Part shown: positions 62,803-64,000 of the stretch, one piece after another
How positions within the stretch are numbered: position 1 is the stretch's first letter
Layout of the letters: the number at the start of each line of letters is the position of its first letter
From: Escherichia coli
Lineage (GTDB): Bacteria > Pseudomonadota > Gammaproteobacteria > Enterobacterales > Enterobacteriaceae
DNA length: 64,000 bases
NCBI RefSeq assembly: GCF_029227855.1
Contig: NZ_CP074356.1
Direction: 5' to 3' (one strand)
Notes under the pieces: generated by a model
The model's database searches: none
Told to the model about the DNA's origin: nothing
The model's input: only the letters and a program-made list of their open reading frames with translations
Position numbers and translations under genes: made by a program

Positions 62803-64000
62803 TCTCCCGCATATTGCCAGCATGGCCTTTAATGAGCCGCTGATGCTTGAACCCGCCTATGCGCGGGTTTTCTTTTGTGCGCTTGCAGGCCAGCTTGGGA
62901 TCAGCCGCCTGACGGATGCGGTGTCCGGCGACAGCCTGACTGCCCAGGAGGCACTCGCGACGCTGGCATTATCCGGTGATGATGACGGACCACGACAGGC
63001 CCGCAGTTATCAGGTCATGAACGGCATCGCCGTGCTGCCGGTGTCCGGCACGCTGGTCAGCCGGACGCGGGCGCTGCAGCCGTACTCGGGGATGACCGGT
63101 TACAACGGCATTATCGCCCGTCTGCAACAGGCTGCCAGCGATCCGATGGTGGACGGCATTCTGCTCGATATGGACACGCCCGGCGGGATGGTGGCGGGGG
63201 CATTTGACTGCGCTGACATCATCGCCCGTGTGCGTGACATAAAACCGGTATGGGCGCTTGCCAACGACATGAACTGCAGTGCAGGTCAGTTGCTTGCCAG
63301 TGCCGCCTCCCGGCGTCTGGTCACGCAGACCGCCCGGACAGGCTCCATCGGCGTCATGATGGCTCACAGTAATTACGGTGCTGCGCTGGAGAAACAGGGT
63401 GTGGAAATCACGCTGATTTACAGCGGCAGCCATAAGGTGGATGGCAACCCCTACAGCCATCTTCCGGATGACGTCCGGGAGACACTGCAGTACCGGATGG
63501 ACGCAACCCGCCAGATGTTTGCGCAGAAGGTGTCGGCATATACCGGCCTGTCCGTGCAGGCTGTGCTGGATACCGAGGCTGCAGTGTACAGCGGTCAGGA
63601 GGCCATTGATGCCGGACTGGCTGATGAACTTGTTAACAGCACCGATGCGATCACCGTCATGCGTGATGCACTGGATGCACGTAAATCCCGTCTCTCAGGA
63701 GGGCGAATGACCAAAGAGACTCAATCAACAACTGTTTCAGCCACTGCTTCGCAGGCTGACGTTACTGACGTGGTGCCAGCGACGGAGGGCGAAAACGCCA
63801 GCGCGGCGCAGCCGGACGTGAACGCGCAGATCACCGCAGCGGTTGCGGCAGAAAACAGCCGCATTATGGGGATCCTCAACTGTGAGGAGGCTCACGGACG
63901 CGAAGAACAGGCGCGCGTTCTGGCAGAAACCCCCGGTATGACCGTGGAAACGGCCCGCCGCATTCTGGCCGCAGCACCACAGAGTGCACAGGCGCGCAGT
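62783..64000 (+). CDS. C: Head protease / scaffold gene C (S49 family), partial; in-frame Nu3 start expected near 63497
   Basis: GTG start at 62783 reading VTAELRNLPHIASMAFNEPLMLEPAYARVF; frame open to window end. Confidence 0.85.

Overview
This window is an Escherichia coli-type chromosomal segment, in reverse orientation relative to the K-12 map around cobUST, carrying one decayed genomic island and one lambdoid prophage. Calls come from reading the six-frame translations and DNA motifs by eye; no database search or structure prediction was run, and coordinates of RNA genes, internal start codons and motifs may be off by a few nucleotides. Backbone, in order: the 5' part of a pdu microcompartment operon (pduC'-pduB-pduA, minus strand) divergent from pduF-pocR; a cobalamin-riboswitch-like leader in front of an unknown ORF and cobUST; ldtA; the four tRNA-Asn genes interleaved with nac, cbl and yeeO; then yeeN, amn, shiA, an apparently intact yeeL, a long yeeJ adhesin gene, mtfA and tRNA-Ser serU. 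Two horizontally acquired blocks interrupt this backbone. (1) A ~10.5 kb island sits at asnW (about 13110-23666), bounded by a ~20-bp direct repeat of the tRNA 3' end. It carries a frameshifted P4-type integrase, an iteron-like repeat array, a second truncated recombinase, a Ner-like regulator operon, and an orphan Rhs gene whose core is cut from its AT-rich C-terminal toxin segment by an in-frame TAG, followed by a Sel1-repeat putative immunity gene. This uncharacterised Rhs C-terminal domain with its candidate immunity gene is the best candidate for an undescribed system in the window. (2) A lambdoid prophage runs from serU (39126) to the window end: int, xis, exonuclease, a dicB/dicF module, repressor/cro, replication gene with internal iterons, hok, DUF968, rusA, Q, two tRNAs, an AT-rich moron region with unknown ORFs, a pinholin/SAR-endolysin/Rz-Rz1 lysis cassette with extra inserted ORFs, a lambda-type cos site and lambda-like Nu1-A-W-B-C head genes. 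No CRISPR array, IS transposase, Shiga-toxin gene or T6SS structural gene was recognised.
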